DNA from: Octopus vulgaris
Taxonomy: Eukaryota
Length of the DNA: 64,000 bases
Reading direction: 5' to 3'
Assembly (NCBI GenBank): GCA_951406725.2
Contig: OX597817.1
Location: forward strand, 135,594,001-135,658,000
In this document: in pieces, positions 25,552 to 40,329 of the stretch
How positions within the stretch are numbered: position 1 is the first letter of the stretch
Layout of the letters: each line of letters begins with the position of its first letter
Notes under the pieces: generated by a model
The model's input: the letters and a program-made list of their open reading frames with translations, nothing else
Database searches by the model: none
Told to the model about the DNA's origin: nothing
Made by a program: the position numbers and the translations under genes

Positions 25552-25981
25552 CTAGCAGCTTAGCTCAGTTTCACCCAGTCGGTTTGGATGATGTGGCCCT
25601 GTATAAGCATTTGACTTGTTTGGGCATGCTTACATTAAAAAACAATTTTAGAATTACTTTTTCTGTGAAAACGCTAAAAATATCTGACCAACAAAAAAAA
25701 AAACCCAAGATTCAACCAAATCAAAAAATAAACCCAAATACTAAGTGAACAAAGATGAACCATCCCACTTCCATTGCACGCACGCACACACACATTCACA
25801 TACACCCCTTTTACATACACACACATATATATTAACACAGAGCTGAAATGATGTTTGATTTATTTTTCAGCGTACAATTTTCATCATCCCACTACCAAGT
25901 ATGACATCACCCCTTCCTTCCTTATTCATCTATCATCCCTTCCTTTCTCATTCATAAACACAAGAGTATTATTATAGTAGA
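25552..25981 (-). mobile_element. Probable non-autonomous Helitron in BRK1 intron 2
   Basis: The minus strand begins A|TCTACTATAATAA and ends CTAG|T. The subterminal hairpin is degenerate. Confidence 0.55.
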
Positions 25982-26133
25982 TTATCTTGGTAACCATGGG
26001 AGCTATGAAAAAATACAAAGCCCAGCATCACCACTGGATCATTCTACACATCTGTGTAATTTTTACGCAATTCCACCCTGCTGTTTGACTGTGAATCCCA
26101 AGACAAGAAAGAATTGCCCATGTCAAATTTATA

Positions 26134-26178
<45 letters not shown>

Positions 26179-26268
26179 CAGACAGGAATAGATATAGCTT
26201 GATAAGTACCAATGCACAAAGCTCGTGGTCCTTGCGTAACTCTGATGATCTCTGTCTGTCTTTCTATG

Positions 26269-26329
<61 letters not shown>

Positions 26330-27256
26330 CATCATCATCATCATCATCATCATCGTTTAACGTCCGCTTTCCATGCTAGCATGGGTTGGACGGTTCAACT
26401 GGGGTCTGGGAAGCCCGAAGGCTGCACCAGGCCAGTCAGATGTGGCAGTGTTTCTACAGCTGGATGCCCTTCCTAACGCCAACCACTCCGAGAGTGTAGT
26501 GGGTGATTTTATATATATATATATGCATACACAATTGTTATTTTAGTGGGGGAGGGGGCATGCAAATGTGGTTTCATATTTTAACAAAACTAAATGAGAA
26601 AAATTATGAAAAAGAAAAAAAAGGGTCAAAATTGATTAATAATACGGAAACGCAATGAATCTACAAAATTACATCATTTTTATAAGAATATCTAAAATCA
26701 AATAAGTAGGCAAGGTTGACTGGTAAAAAAAAAATGGTAAAAAGTTCATTTGGTAAACCTGAGGTCAATCTTATTGCATGGCATCCTGGGCATGTGTCTT
26801 GTATCACACACACATAATGAAGGCACGTGGCCAAGTGGTTAGGGTGTTGCACTCACAACTGCTAGAATGTGGTTTCAACTCCTGTACCGGGTGGTGCCTT
26901 GTGTTCTTGAGCAAAACACTTCACTTCACATTGTCCTGCAGGTGGAAGAGCAGCAAAATCGTTGGCACATCAGTAGAAATGCTTGACAGTGTATTTTCTG
27001 ATTGCTTACATTCTGAGTTCAAATCCCACCTGCTTGGAGAAAGCAAAAGGATATCACTCCAGCATTCATCCCAAGTCTAGTAATGGTAGCCAAAGTTTCA
27101 GTAATCCACTTAACGGTAGCACGGGAGAGTATGGGCCCTCCCAGGTCATACAGAGAGTTCTGGAGAAGGTTCACATACATAGGACCTGACCAAGGACAGA
27201 CCACCACTAGACTGTATCTATGTACGTATGTATATATATGTGTGTGTGTGCGTGTG

Positions 27257-27290
<34 letters not shown>

Positions 27291-27701
27291 TATATATATA
27301 TATACAAATATATAAATGTAGTAACATAGTCTTAGTCAGGACTGACTGCCATGTTATGTTGGCTAATAAACTTTACCATCCAGTACTGTTACTACATAGA
27401 TCTCAATCAGAGATTTAAAACTAGTTGTATTCCTCCTTATGAGATTAGCAGCTGAGAGTCATTTTGAAAAGTAAGGTCAGCTGGCTGCCGTCCCTAGCCA
27501 GGCAGTTGTCCAGCATTGAGGAAGAGGGAAATTTTCCATTTTGAAAATTAGCATTCATTTCATCATTTTATACAAGTATAAAGAAATTTGATAAAATGCT
27601 AAATTATAATTATTGTATGTATGCTGTATTTCCTGATATTAGTCATGATGTACAAGAATACTTCTGAAGTTACCAGTTATATGAAGAGTATCACTCTAGT
27701 G

Positions 27702-27999
27702 CAAGGGTTCCCAACGTTATTTTGCTTGTGGACCCCTGAAAGCTATCTTCTCATCTGTGGACCCCGTATATGCACATGTAAATTTTGAAATACAATATTT
27801 GTTTGTAGGTTAGTAAAAACTAACAATGAAACAATTTCGTTATATTTATAACATAAATTCCAAATACAAATCTTGAAAATTTCAATGAATACAGATTACT
27901 CTCCTAATAAACAAAATTTATATATGGACCCACAAATTATAATTTTTTTTACTCCTGGATCCCCTTAAAGCTTCAGTGGACTCTGTTTGGGTACCCCTG
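27702..27999. mobile_element. hAT-type MITE
   Basis: TIRs CAAGGGTTCCCAA / TTGGGTACCCCTG. The 8-bp flanks ctctagtg and ctcaagtg match at 7 of 8 positions (TSD). Confidence 0.8.
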
Positions 28000-30238
28000 C
28001 TCAAGTGTATATCATCATCAACAGCAACATGATTTTAACATCCACTTTCCAATATTTGCATGGATCGGATGGAGTTTATTGAGTCAGGTGCCAAGTATCC
28101 ACAAGATAAACCCGATCAACTGAGTGAAGTATAGGCTGGAGGAGAAAGAAATTATGATGGAGACAGAGAAGCAGGTGTCTTCCTGAAGACACACGCATAT
28201 TGCAAGCATGGCCATTTGATACAATGTTTGCTTTATGGTCCTAGGGTTCTTGGAAACCTGTCAATCCCGAAGTGTGGAAGCCTGTCAAATAGGTTGCGCT
28301 TGTAATTCAAAGGCCTGGTCTTGTCGGAATGTATCACACGAATTCTAAATGAGAATCAATATGATACAGGGTATGCATGTCTGTGGAGTACTCAGCCACA
28401 CATAAATTGAGACATTCATTATAAAAAATAACATCATCATCACCATCATTTCCAGTCCCCGGCATGGGTTGGATAGTTTGACCAGGGCTGATAAGCTGGA
28501 AGGCTGCACCAGACTCCAGTCTGATTTGGCATGGTTTCTACGGCTGGATGCTCTTCCTGACACCAACGACTCCTAGAGTGTAATGGGTGCTTTCTTGTGC
28601 CACTGGCATTGGTGCCATTTGCGTGACACCGATACCTGCCATGACTGCAATTCTAATTGGCTTGATGGGTCTTCTTAAGCACAACAAAATCAAAAATGAT
28701 AAACAAGAAATTAAAAAAAGGGTAGCCATGTATCTCCTCAGCAGTAAAACCCCTGTTCCTGTCCCTCTGTCACACTTCAACCTCTCGTCACCTGGCATAA
28801 AGACACTTTCCTTAAGCCTACACCCACCACTCAATGGAGGAAGGGCCTTACTTAGTCACCTCACTTGTGCCACGAGAAATGCAGCCAGTATGCTCTGTAA
28901 AGTGGCATAGGAAGGACATCCAGCCATGGAAACCATGCTAAGACAAGGCATTGCAGCTTGTGCGGTCCTCTACTTTCCCAGTTCCTTGTCGAACCATGCA
29001 ATCCATGGAAAACAGCATAGCGTTGATGTTACTAATTATTGATAAACTGCTTGAGAACACAACCCTATATTAAGAGAAGTTTTAACTTGGACAGGTAAAT
29101 AGTTTCTGAATTTGCACATCTAGTTTTAAACATGGAAAAATTGATATTACACCTAACCAAAGTGACATATCGGGTTTAAAATTGATTTAAAATGACTGAG
29201 AAATCAAAGAGAACTGCCATTTCTCCTATCATAGAGCGTTAAAAAAATCAATAGTTATAACCAGCAGGCAGAAGTAAATAATAACTTAGAAGAAAATCAA
29301 AGATCTGTCAGAGTTATTGATATGGGAGAAGAAATTGAATGGCACCCAAAATGTTATACATTCTCTTCTTGAGAATAGTAGAAAAAGTAAAAACTGAGGT
29401 GGTGGTGGGGTGTGTGGGGAGGGGGGGAAATAAATGTGGAGGTTTTGTTGTTAAAAGTAGCTAAGAGCGACACATTACATGGTTCTGGCATGAACAGGTT
29501 TTAAAGATTAGAAAATATTAAACTATTATCAATATTACCAAACTTATGCTTGCTTTTCCACACAAATATCATCATCATCATCATCATCTAATGCCTGTGT
29601 TTGATGCTGGCATAGGTTGAACATTTTCACAAGACTCAACATGTCCAGGGACTGCATTGTGCTCCAGGGTCTGCTTTGGCATGGTTTCCATGGCCGGATG
29701 GCCTTCTTAACACCAACCACTTTACAGAGTGTGGACTGGGTGTGATTTTCAAGCCACTGACACCAGTGAGATCACCATGCAGCTTATAAGACTCTAAACC
29801 CCAACAGAGACGGGTTTTATGCTGCTCGGAGATGAGGGCTTACAATATGAGAGAAGGGGGCCAATGCAGAACATAGCTATATGGGTTATCCCATTTTAGA
29901 AGAGAGTGTTGGGGTGATTGGGGTGGAGCTGAAGAGGGATAAAAATAGTAGTAATGAGGTGTTTGGGTGGGTGTTCAAGGTACGAGGTGATCAGAAGTGA
30001 GAGGGGACAGAAGAATTGGGGATGTGGGTGGGTAGAATGACGGGGAATGACAGGCGGGGTGAATATAAAGACTGAAGAACAAGTGTTAAGGGATAAGAGG
30101 AAGAGTAGGTGACAACTGTAGAGACTGGGGTTAAAGGGTGGATGTAGTGAAGGGTAGGTAGGGGGAGGGGATAACCAATGATGCATGGAAGGTGAGGAGC
30201 AGTAGAATAGGAATGATGATGCAACAGACAGGAGGGAG

Positions 30239-30270
<32 letters not shown>

Positions 30271-32001
30271 GATTACGTGCGATTAAGCAAGTTACAAGAG
30301 TGTGTGTGTAATAGTATATCTTCATATAATATGTAATGATATAATTATATTTCACACATTTAAGGTTTAAATTTCAGTAGAATTAGTAACCAGTTAGATA
30401 ACATTTTAGAAAGATTCCTTCATCCACATAAAGTGCAGTTGCACTTAATCTACACTTCAAATGGCTGTTGGCAAAACAATCTTTGAAAAATGTTTGGAAT
30501 TTATATTTCAATAAAGGCTATTTGAATTTTTCTCCACCCACGGAAAGTGAAGCTGGTAGTTGTAACAAGAACCTCTTCATGTTGGACACACGAGCAGGGT
30601 AGATAACTCTACCGGCTCCAGTTTATCACTGACAAAAACTGATTCCAATCCTACTTCAGAATGATCACAGTTATTATTTAGCCTTCAACAAGTGTCTTCT
30701 ACTATAACCTCAGTCTGACCGAAGCTGCCAAGTGAGTGGATTTGGTAGGTGGAAACTGTGTGGAAGCCCATCATGTATCTACCTTTGTGTGTGTGTTTGT
30801 TCCTCCTCACACAGCTTGACAACCAGTGTTTGTTTACATCCCCGTAACTTAACATTTTGGCAAAAGTGATTGATAGAATAAATACCAGACTTTAAAAAAA
30901 AAAATTAGTGGGAGGGGGTGGGGATGATTTGTTTAACTAAAACCCTTCAAGGTGGTGCCCCAGGATGGCCACAGTCCAATGACTGAAACAAGAAAGCCAA
31001 GAGATAATAGCCACAGGAGCAGTATTAATACCAAAAGACAATCTTGATCTGCAACTTGACAGAGAGGTCCAGGGGAAAGATCCCTTCAAAACTAAATGAC
31101 ACAGTGCCCTGTGTTCTGATGCAGCGTCCATGTTAAGTCTGAGATCAAGGCTGACAAAAGGGATAGATTTTAAATTGGCTCAACTCAAATTATCTCCAGG
31201 ATTTTGATGATGATTAAGATGATTTATTGAAATTTAAGGAAACTGACCAGCAGTTGAATGAGTTGAGTTGTGACTAATGACCATTAATCAGTTTTAGACA
31301 TTTCTATTTGATGGACGATAAAAAAAGTAATTTATTTTGAAGCAATTATAATCCTGTCTGGCATTGATAAGAAAGAGCTGGAGTGAGTTGCAGTCTCTAG
31401 AAATATGCATAAATGTATGAGAGAGGGGGGTGGGAGTGGGAGAAAGAATGAGACAGACGGAAATAGAGAAAAAGAGGGTAAAGAGAGAGAATTAAGTCTT
31501 AGACTGCTTTTTAAAATATTCATTATTATTGCAGGCAGATTTCCATGGTAATGCACCCATAAAAACAGAATCTTCCTCATTTAACATCCATTTTCCATGC
31601 TGGCATGGGTTGGACGGTTTGAAAGGAGCTGGTAAGGCCAGGAGCCACACAAGGTTCCATTGTCTGTTTCTACAGCTGGATGCCCTTCCTAATTCCAACC
31701 ATTTCAGAGAGTGTTCTGGGTGCTTTTTTACATTATAAACATGAAAGATTTGTGACAGTTTTTCTTGTTTTTCGTTGCAGTAAACAAGAAGATTACCCAA
31801 CTATGGAAATTTATGCTTTGATATCAGACTTGGCAGGAATAAAGGAAGTGAGACAAGAATTTGGCACAATCTACTAAAAGAGTTTTAAGAGAAGCACTTT
31901 GAATTGTCTGACAAGTTTCTGCCTGAATTATTTTGTATCACTTTTGTTTTTAACTTGCTTTCGTCATTAGACTCATGCCGTGCTGGGGAACAGCCTTTTT
32001 C

Positions 32002-32233
32002 TTTTATTCTTTTACTTGTTTCAGTCATTTGACTGCAGCCATGCTGGAGCACAACCTTAAGTCGAACAGATCGACCCCAGGACTTATTCTTGGTAAGCCT
32101 ACTACTTATTCTATCAGTTTCTTTTGGCAAAACGCTAAGTTATGGGGGCGTAAACACACCAACATCGGTTGTCAAGCGATGTTGGGGGGACAAACACAGA
32201 CACACAAACATATACAGAAACATATATACAAAC

Positions 32234-32264
<31 letters not shown>

Positions 32265-32437
32265 CACACACATGACGGGCTTCTTTCAGTTTCCATCTAC
32301 CAAATCCACTCACAAAGCTTTGGTCAGCCCGAGGCTATAGTAGAAGACACTTGCCCAAGGTGCCATGCAGTGGGACTGAACCTGGAACCATGTGGTTGGC
32401 AAGCGAGCTTCTTACTACACAGCAACTCCTGCACCTA
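32002..32437 (-). mobile_element. tRNA-headed SINE, family B (full length; second partial copy at 32440-32780)
   Basis: Collinear with 48655-49060, including the internal microsatellite. Confidence 0.87.
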
Positions 32438-33294
32438 TGATTATTTTTTTTTAGTCAAATGGATCAACCCCAATACTTATTCCTTTTAAAGCCTGATGTC
32501 TATTCTGTTGGTCTTGTTTGGTCAACCACTAAGTTATGGGGACGTAAACACACTAACACCGGTTGCCAAGTGGTGGTGGGGGATAAATACACACATGCAC
32601 ATGATGGGCTTCTTTCAGTTTCCATCTCCCAAATCCACTCGCAAAGCTTTGATCAGTCTGAGTTTATAGTAGAAGACCCAAGGTGCCATGCAAGTAGAAG
32701 GCCCAAGGTGCCATGCAACAGGACTGAACCTGGAACCATGAGGTTGGGAGCAAACTTTTTACCATACAGCCATGCTTTCTTTAAAAGAATGTGTATAAAA
32801 ATGTTTTTCTACAGCATGTATTTTGTTTTAGACATATAAAAAAAAATCAACATTATAGATAAAAGCTTCATTAAAACCAAAATGTAATTAGAGATGATTT
32901 GTCCAAATATTAATTTGAAGCTGGTTGGAAGTGTACTAAGTGGGTTTATAGCAAACCTCCAAGACCAAAGCTCAAAAGATCATCATCATGATCACCACTG
33001 TTTTAATGTCTACTTCTTCATGCTTGCATGGCTCAGATGGAATTTGTTGAGACAAATTCTTTTACAGCTGAATGCCTTTCCTCTCACTAACCCTCAGTTG
33101 TTTCCAAGCAACGTAATATTTCCCCATGACCGAACATATTTTTCATGGCAAAACCATTATATGATGTTAAGACAGAAGCATGTGTAAACAAGCATACATG
33201 TATGAATGTACACATACACACACCACACACACATACATGTATGTACACACACACACACACATATATATAGTTATTGTATATTCTGTTCAAGTGA

Positions 33295-33630
33295 AGGTGC
33301 ATGGCTCAGTGATTAGAGTGTCAAACTTACAACTGTCAGATTGTGAGATCCCAGATTGGGCTGCATGTTGTGTCCTTGAGCAAGACACTTTATTTCACAT
33401 TGCTCCAGTTCACTCAGCTGTAGAAATGAGTTGCTATGTCATCTGTGCCAAGCTGTATCAACCTTTGCCTTTCCTTTGGACAACACTGGTGGCATGGAGA
33501 GAGGAGGCCGGTATGCATGGGCGACTGCAGGTCTTCCACAAACAATCTTGCCTGGACTTGTGCCTTGGAGGGTAACTTTCTAGGTGCAATCCCATGGTCA
33601 TTCATGAGTGAAGGGGGTTTCTTATTCTGT
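33295..33630 (+). mobile_element. tRNA-headed SINE, family D
   Basis: A-box-like tggctcagtgattag and core tgtccttgagcaagacactt. A closely similar copy lies at 49722-50060 and an inverted partial copy at about 42170-42315. Confidence 0.8.
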
Positions 33631-34614
33631 TAAGAACGTAGTAAAGTACAATATAAAGTTCGTCCACATTCAGGTTTACCCTATGCTATCCAGTAGTAGT
33701 ATTATACAGAATTCCAGGTTTGCGTATCTGACGTGTATGAATTGATAATTGAAAAGACTGGAGTCAACAACATGGAGGACGGTTGGACATCTATTATCTA
33801 ATTATGCAACTGTTTCCTGCAGGAAAACAGTTGCATAATCAAGTACCTGCACACCTGGAGAACTAAGTTGTGTGGAAACAATTGTAGTGATTAAAAAATA
33901 AAAATGTCCAACCATAATCCTTGTTGGCTCCAATCTTTTCAATTATAAATACATATATAACTATATATATATATGTATGTATATATATATATGTGTATAT
34001 ATATATTTCTATATATACATATGTAAATTCCGTTTGGGTTTTACATATCTATGTATACGACTGGCTTCTTTCAGTTTCCATCAACCAAATCCCCTCACAA
34101 GCCTTTGGCCAGCCTGGGGTCATCATGCTATACAACGGCACTCAAACCAAACCCACATCATTGGAAAGCAAGCTTCTTAACCACAACCTTCCCCCACCTG
34201 TGCCCAAACAACATTCATCAAATATAGATAATGAAAGTGAAAAATCACAAATTTTCACAAAATATCATTGCAATAAATACATTTTCTAAGATTATAATTT
34301 TTGAGTCTAATAATTTCTTCTTTGGAGATGAAAATATTGTCAATATTTCAATCTGAAATTCAATTAATTTGATTTCCCCCACCCACACCTCTGCCTCGTC
34401 AACACTCTTCTTCATCTGTCCCCACCTCACCAATGCTTTCCTTCACTGATTCACTCAGGATTCCTCTCCACCCTAAGCTACTGTTCCCTTCCTTGTTTCC
34501 TAGAAGATAGCTCTAGATTCCTTCCTACACAACCCAGCCCATCCACTTTTCTCAATAATCCCTCTCACTAATCCCTTCCCTCTCTCCTGTTCCTTGCTAT
34601 ACCCCTCCTCCCAA

Positions 34615-34930
34615 TTAAAGGGTGCTCCGTTAGTTTCAACGACGAGTGTTCCAGTTGATCTGATCAATAGAACAGCCTGCTCGTGAAATTAACATGCAAG
34701 GGGCTGAGTGCTCCACAAACATGCATTCCCTTAATGTGTTTCAGTGTGAGACAGAATGTGACAAGGTTGGCCCTTTCCATATACAAGTACTACTCATTTT
34801 TGCCAGGTGAGTAAATTAGAGTAACAAGAAATAAAGTGTCATGCTCAAGGCCATAACATGCTGCCAGGAATTGAACCTATGAACTTAAGACTGTGATCCA
34901 AATACACTAACCACTAAGCCACGTGTCTTC
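34615..34930 (-). mobile_element. tRNA-headed SINE with distinct 3' body (related copy on + at about 52115-52420)
   Basis: tggcttagtggttag head and ggttcaattcc B-box on the minus strand. Body gagca.tcagcc..gttaattt.a.gagcaggc is shared with the 52115 copy. Confidence 0.7.
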
Positions 34931-36402
34931 ACACTTCTCTACTACTACTACTCTATTAACCTCCTCTCCTACCACCATTCTATCACAACTATAAATCTGT
35001 CTGTTTCATTTAATTTGTTTCCATCACCCTATGGAAATCACTTTAGAGATTTTAGTCTTGCAAGTTATGCGGCAATCTTCACTAGCGCCAGTGGCACAAA
35101 AGTGACACCCACTTCACTTTGAAAAAGGGTTGGTGTTAGGAAAGGCATCCAGCTGTAGAAACCATCATGCCGAAGTAAGTACTGGAATGACATGGTCCTC
35201 CAACTCACTGGATTGTGAGGTAGTTGATGGTGGGGCATTTGATGAGAGGGAAAGAGGAGCATTGAGGAGAGAGAAACTGTGAAGATAAGGTTACTCAATG
35301 AACTGTAGGAACAGAGGTGGGGACTGGGAATGCAGACATGGTTTCCGTGAAAGCATCACAGCTACCATCATCTTTTCTGTGAAGTTCAGCATCATGAGAT
35401 CAGTCTTCACCACCTCATCACTTGTCTTCCCAGAGATTTTTCAATCACTTAGAGCACCCCACACTCATTTTTACTTCACCCACATCCAGTGAAACATGTT
35501 CTCTTCATTGCTTTCATATTTTCTTAAATCCTCTGCATCCAAGAGTCATCATTAGCATTTTAGTGAGTACTTTTGCTAGCTTGCATGGGTCAGACAGAAT
35601 ATGAGGCAGAGCTTTATAGCCTGATGTCTTTCCTGTCATCACCATTCATCTGTTTCCAAGCAAGGTACTATTATCCCCCAAGTCCTTCAAACCTGAACAG
35701 CACAAGGGGTTGGACATGTTTCTACAAAATGATCTACACCACTCGTATGATGGTGACTCTCATTTACAGCTGTTGCTCAATGTTAAGACAAAGAAACTCA
35801 AAACGCATATCCATGCACATATACAGGCACAATTCATACACACAGACATCAGACGAGGTCAGGTGTTGAGGGATGCACCAAAGCAGCACATTATTGCATT
35901 CACCATTTGTCAGTATATTTCCAGGTCCTCCCAGGTGACCCATCAAGCAGAGTCTCAGTCAGTCTCCATCTCTGCAAGATACCTCAAGATACCTCTTCAT
36001 CTGCCATGACCAATGCAAGCTGCCAACCCAGTTGGATCCTCAGTGAAGAGAACATGGTAAGCAGGGTTTAACTTGGAAAATTAAGCAACATAACCAAACA
36101 GTGAGAGCTAGCACACCCCAGTCATGCAAGAAGCAGGACGCATCTCAGTTTCTGAGAAGAGTTGTTGGTTGGAAATGGAATCTGACTAATGGTAACCCAT
36201 AATCCTGCAAAGCATCCTTGTACCAAAGGAATTCAGGTGGCTCCTAAGGGACCTCGGACAGTGTCCAAGTCTCATAAATTATAGAACAGGACAGGGAGGA
36301 CCAGAGACCTACAGATACTGGCAGCACCAAACATCCCTTGAAGCCAACGCTGCTATGAATTTCACTGTCAGGATAACTGAAGTGGTCAACAACTTCAACA
36401 TT

Positions 36403-36662
36403 GGAGTAAAGATTGTTTGCCAATAACATGGCAGTCCTGGTTTAGGATGAATGTTGCAGTAATATAGCCCCAGGAGACATCATCTCCAGTTGGCTATACA
36501 ACACGATCTGTGTCCTAATATTTTATGTATAGCCAGCTGGAGCTAAATTACAGCAACATTCGTCCTAAACCAGGACTGCCATGTTATGTTGGCAAACAAT
36601 CTTTACTCCGAAATACTGTTGCTGAATATCTCTTGTTGTGGGATTTACAAATAGTAATTTTC
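36403..36662. mobile_element. Foldback element (long hairpin) in BRK1 intron 2
   Basis: ggagtaaagattgtttgccaa..ggcagtcctggtttagg.. (36403-36500) pairs with 36525-36609. Same family as 2218-2625. Confidence 0.8.
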
Positions 36663-36765
36663 TAACTTCAACATTCTCACTTGCAACAGACATCCACACA
36701 CACATCTATATATATAACGAATTGGTAATACCATTTCATCAGCTTGCATATAGATTTAAACTTAC

Positions 36766-36848
36766 CCTAGCTTCAATGTACTCAACTTTTCTTTCTAGTT
36801 GAGTCAACTTCTCATTGAGAGTGGCCAGTCGTGATCGACAAGACAAAT
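36766..36848 (-). CDS. BRK1: BRK1 coding exon 2 (83 nt)
   Basis: Polypyrimidine tract plus cag acceptor (AG at 36850-36849). Completes the D codon and reads [27 protein letters not shown]. Donor AGG|gtaagt at 36765. Phase-compatible with exon 1. Confidence 0.97.
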
Positions 36849-37062
36849 CTGGATGGAGAAGAGAGAGAAAAAAAAGCAAATCTTAAAGACATTGATCTTT
36901 TACAGAGATATTGATTACAATGTTTTCTAAACAATTATCATGTAAAAAAGCAAGCGTCTTGTCAAATTTAAAACCTCTACAAACAGAAGCAATTGATAGC
37001 AAAATCAAGTTAAAAGTCAACCACTCTACGACTACCCCTATATAGCAAGGGATACAATACAT

Positions 37063-37093
<31 letters not shown>

Positions 37094-37095
<2 letters not shown>

Positions 37096-37120
37096 ATGTC
37101 CTCTATTGTGTTTTTGTTCC

Positions 37121-37166
<46 letters not shown>

Positions 37167-37193
37167 GGAACAAAAACACAATAGAGGACATTA
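37094..37193. repeat. About 100-bp near-perfect palindrome: 31-bp arms around (TA)n
   Basis: taatgtcctctattgtgtttttgttccattt (37094-37124) and its exact reverse complement (37163-37193). Confidence 0.93.
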
Positions 37194-37687
37194 AAACATT
37201 CGGAAAGATAGACAATACAAAGGTGGATAAGAGAAACAACAATTAGAAGGACAGGCAAAAAAAAAAAAAAGACGGGTCATTCTTGGCTTTCTTTCCTCAG
37301 TTTCAGAAGTCACGACCATTTTGGGCAGTTACACTTGAGATGGTTCGATCTAGTTGTCCCCCCCCCCCCCCGCCAAGAAAGTCTCAGCTAAGAGCATTAG
37401 GCCCGTTTGTAACAAAGCTAGTAAATGTGTATGGCAACAAAGACAAAACATACTAACAAAAAAATGGAGAATATGGTACACAGTTACGAATACAAACAAC
37501 AAGAAATAGCAACAGGTGTCTTTCGACTGAGAACGAATCAAATTGAATTGGCGTGTATGAAGTGAAAGCTTAAAGGCAGGAACATAGGAGATGGACATAT
37601 AAAACTTACTTGGAAATGGATGCATGGCATTCGATCACATAATAATATATATAAGCATATATACACACATACATGTACATGCCTATA

Positions 37688-37720
<33 letters not shown>

Positions 37721-40109
37721 GCATATAAGGATACAGCACGTAAAAAAAATGTGAACAAAATGAGAAACAAGAACATAAACAAAAGTATGGAAAACGAACT
37801 TTTTTCGAACAACGAAAGAAACAAATAGAGAAATGAGACAGGCAACATAAAGACCATTCCCTTCATCAGTCGTCCCCTGTTCCATCACAGGGAAAACTAA
37901 ACACAAAAACAATTCTATTATAAAGCATGAAATCCAAAGTAGTAGTTGTTATCTGGTCCAAGTCAAAAAGGCCTATGATAATATACATTCCATCTGTGAC
38001 CATCCTGTCCTTCATATATAAACTGTTAGGGTTGTTAGAATGCTGGAAAGAATATCTCATAGTATTAGTTCCAGTTCTTTACACTCTGAGTTCAAATCCT
38101 GCCAAGGTCAAATTTGTCCATCCTTTCATCATCGTTTAGCATCTGTTTTCCATATTGGCATGGATTGGATAATTTGACAGAATCTGGCAAGCTCCAGTGT
38201 CAGCTCTGGCATGGTTCCTAAGGCTGGATACCTTCCTAATTTCAACCAATTCACTGGCACTAGTGAGGTTGCCAAGTAACTAAAAAAAGAAAAAAACCCT
38301 ATTGACTGAGTGAAGGGAATTATTTCAGAGGGAGATGGTGGCTTTGAGCCAGGGGTTGAAAGACTAAATTATGACAAAAGGATAAGCACATGTGTCTTAC
38401 TATAATAAAAGAGATACATGGCTACCTGCATTATATGCAGGTGGGAGTAGCTGGAAAACAGGTGAAAATGACAAAATGCCAACAAAAAGTACCAGTCTGG
38501 TTTGGTGGATTGGCAGAATTAAAAGTGTCAGGCAGGATGTCTTGCAGTGTCTGTTTTGGTTCCATCACAGAAAAACAGTGGCACATCTGTCCAAGAGATA
38601 GCATCAGCAATTTGAGAAATCAATGGAAACAGATTCTTTGGTTTGATCAGAAAATTCGTTGCCATCACTGCTACATTAAACAGAGTGTCTTTCTTGTTTT
38701 AAGATGTTGGGGGAGTGATTTTTAGCACAATCAGTGGCCATGTAGAAGATCCTTTGTTGTTTTGTTTTAAATTTTGTGAAGACGAAGAAAATAAAAACAT
38801 TGCAGATTAGAGAGCATCTGGGGCCAAAAAGAAAAAAGTCCCTAAATTTCATTCTACTTCCTCAGAACAAATAACATTTTCACAGATTTCATTTTTGGAT
38901 TTGGTTTGTAAGATTCTTGATGTGAACTTGTGCACTGAAACAGATTTCGTTGCATCTCGAGAGGGTCATTCTAACAATAAACACACACATTGGTTCAATT
39001 TCACTTCTTTTATTATTACTAATTAGTTAATCATTTAACTAAATAACTTATCGGGTTGTTTGAATAGTCATTCAATCAACCAAGTTTGCCAAAGTCCTTT
39101 CACTGCCATACCTTCTCTACTCCAGGTTTGTTTAACAAAAATATTTGTGCCCCAGCATGGCCACAGCTCATAGGCTGAAACTAGAATCAATCAATCAATC
39201 ATAATAAAATGTACAGACCATAATTTAATTGTGAAGACAATCTTAAATTTAGAAGGGTTAAGAAGTAATATCTTGTGCATTTTTATTTACTGAATAAGAA
39301 AAATAAAAAAATAATAAAATAAACAAAGGGAAGTAATTGAGACAAGCCAATAAGTTACAGTAGGGATATACTGAATGTAACACAGTCAAGTTAAATTCTT
39401 AATGGAAATTTCAGCCTCAGCTGGAGTAGAAAAACAAAAAAACCTAGTGGTACCTTTGGGTAACTCTGACAAACGAAAAAAAAAAAAAAAAAGTGAGATA
39501 ATTATCAGAAACTAAAAATTAATCTTCCAAAGGTAATTAAGGGATGAGTGATTTGTTCTTAATAAACAGATAAAGGGGACAACTATGGATATGTTTCAGT
39601 GTTAGACTCCATTAGAGAAGTATATCACTCATATTTATCAATAGTCATTTAGTTATTCTCTCTTAGGTCATTTTTTCTTTTTGTGTTAATTGATCAAACT
39701 GATTTGTGATAAGGTTTACTCAACTGAAACATGCCCATTATTGCTCTTCATGCCCTAAACATGTAAATTAATTTTAAAGAATCAATTCTTACTTTCTTAA
39801 AATTATCTCCTTTCTTACTTTTAGCATCTCAAACAAGTGTGACTAGATTTGATTTTCTTTCTCCAAAAGGAAATTTTAATTAATCAAGACTTAATCCTAC
39901 TGCAGCAGAATAATATTGTGTCTTCAATTTTGTTCTACAATTAAGAATGTAATAATAATAATATATTCCCTCAAAACCAATAACTTTGATAGTCACAATG
40001 GAAGGGTGAAGAGAAGTGAAATGGTACTGTTTTAATGGGAAACTGTATGAAGCTCTTCTCACTTCTTGCTGTGAAGATGTGACAGTAGACATCAAATAAT
40101 AATGATAAA

Positions 40110-40144
<35 letters not shown>

Positions 40145-40329
40145 AAGGAAAGGAGGCTACAAAGCTTGTCCTGGAAACAAGTCTCCCCTTCTGCTCATTT
40201 GCTACATTAAGGTGCAAATATTTGCAGCAGAGACAGTAAAAATATCCAAGGCTAAGTGATGAGAGGGCTCTGGAGTCAAGCTGGATTGACTTTAGATTGA
40301 CCAATAAAGTAATTTGGTAGACCATCCAC

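Noticed and set aside
26820-26900. tRNA-like sequences (also SINE heads at 22826, 33295 and 49722)
   Set aside because: A/B-box-like heads run directly into SINE bodies and do not form complete cloverleafs, so they are not called as tRNA genes.
31040-31075. Minus-strand peptide SLSSCRSRLS resembling BRK1 exon 2 (LSCRSRL), a possible duplicated or alternative exon
   Set aside because: Similarity is limited to about 6 residues, there is no suitable acceptor or donor, and the downstream sequence does not match.
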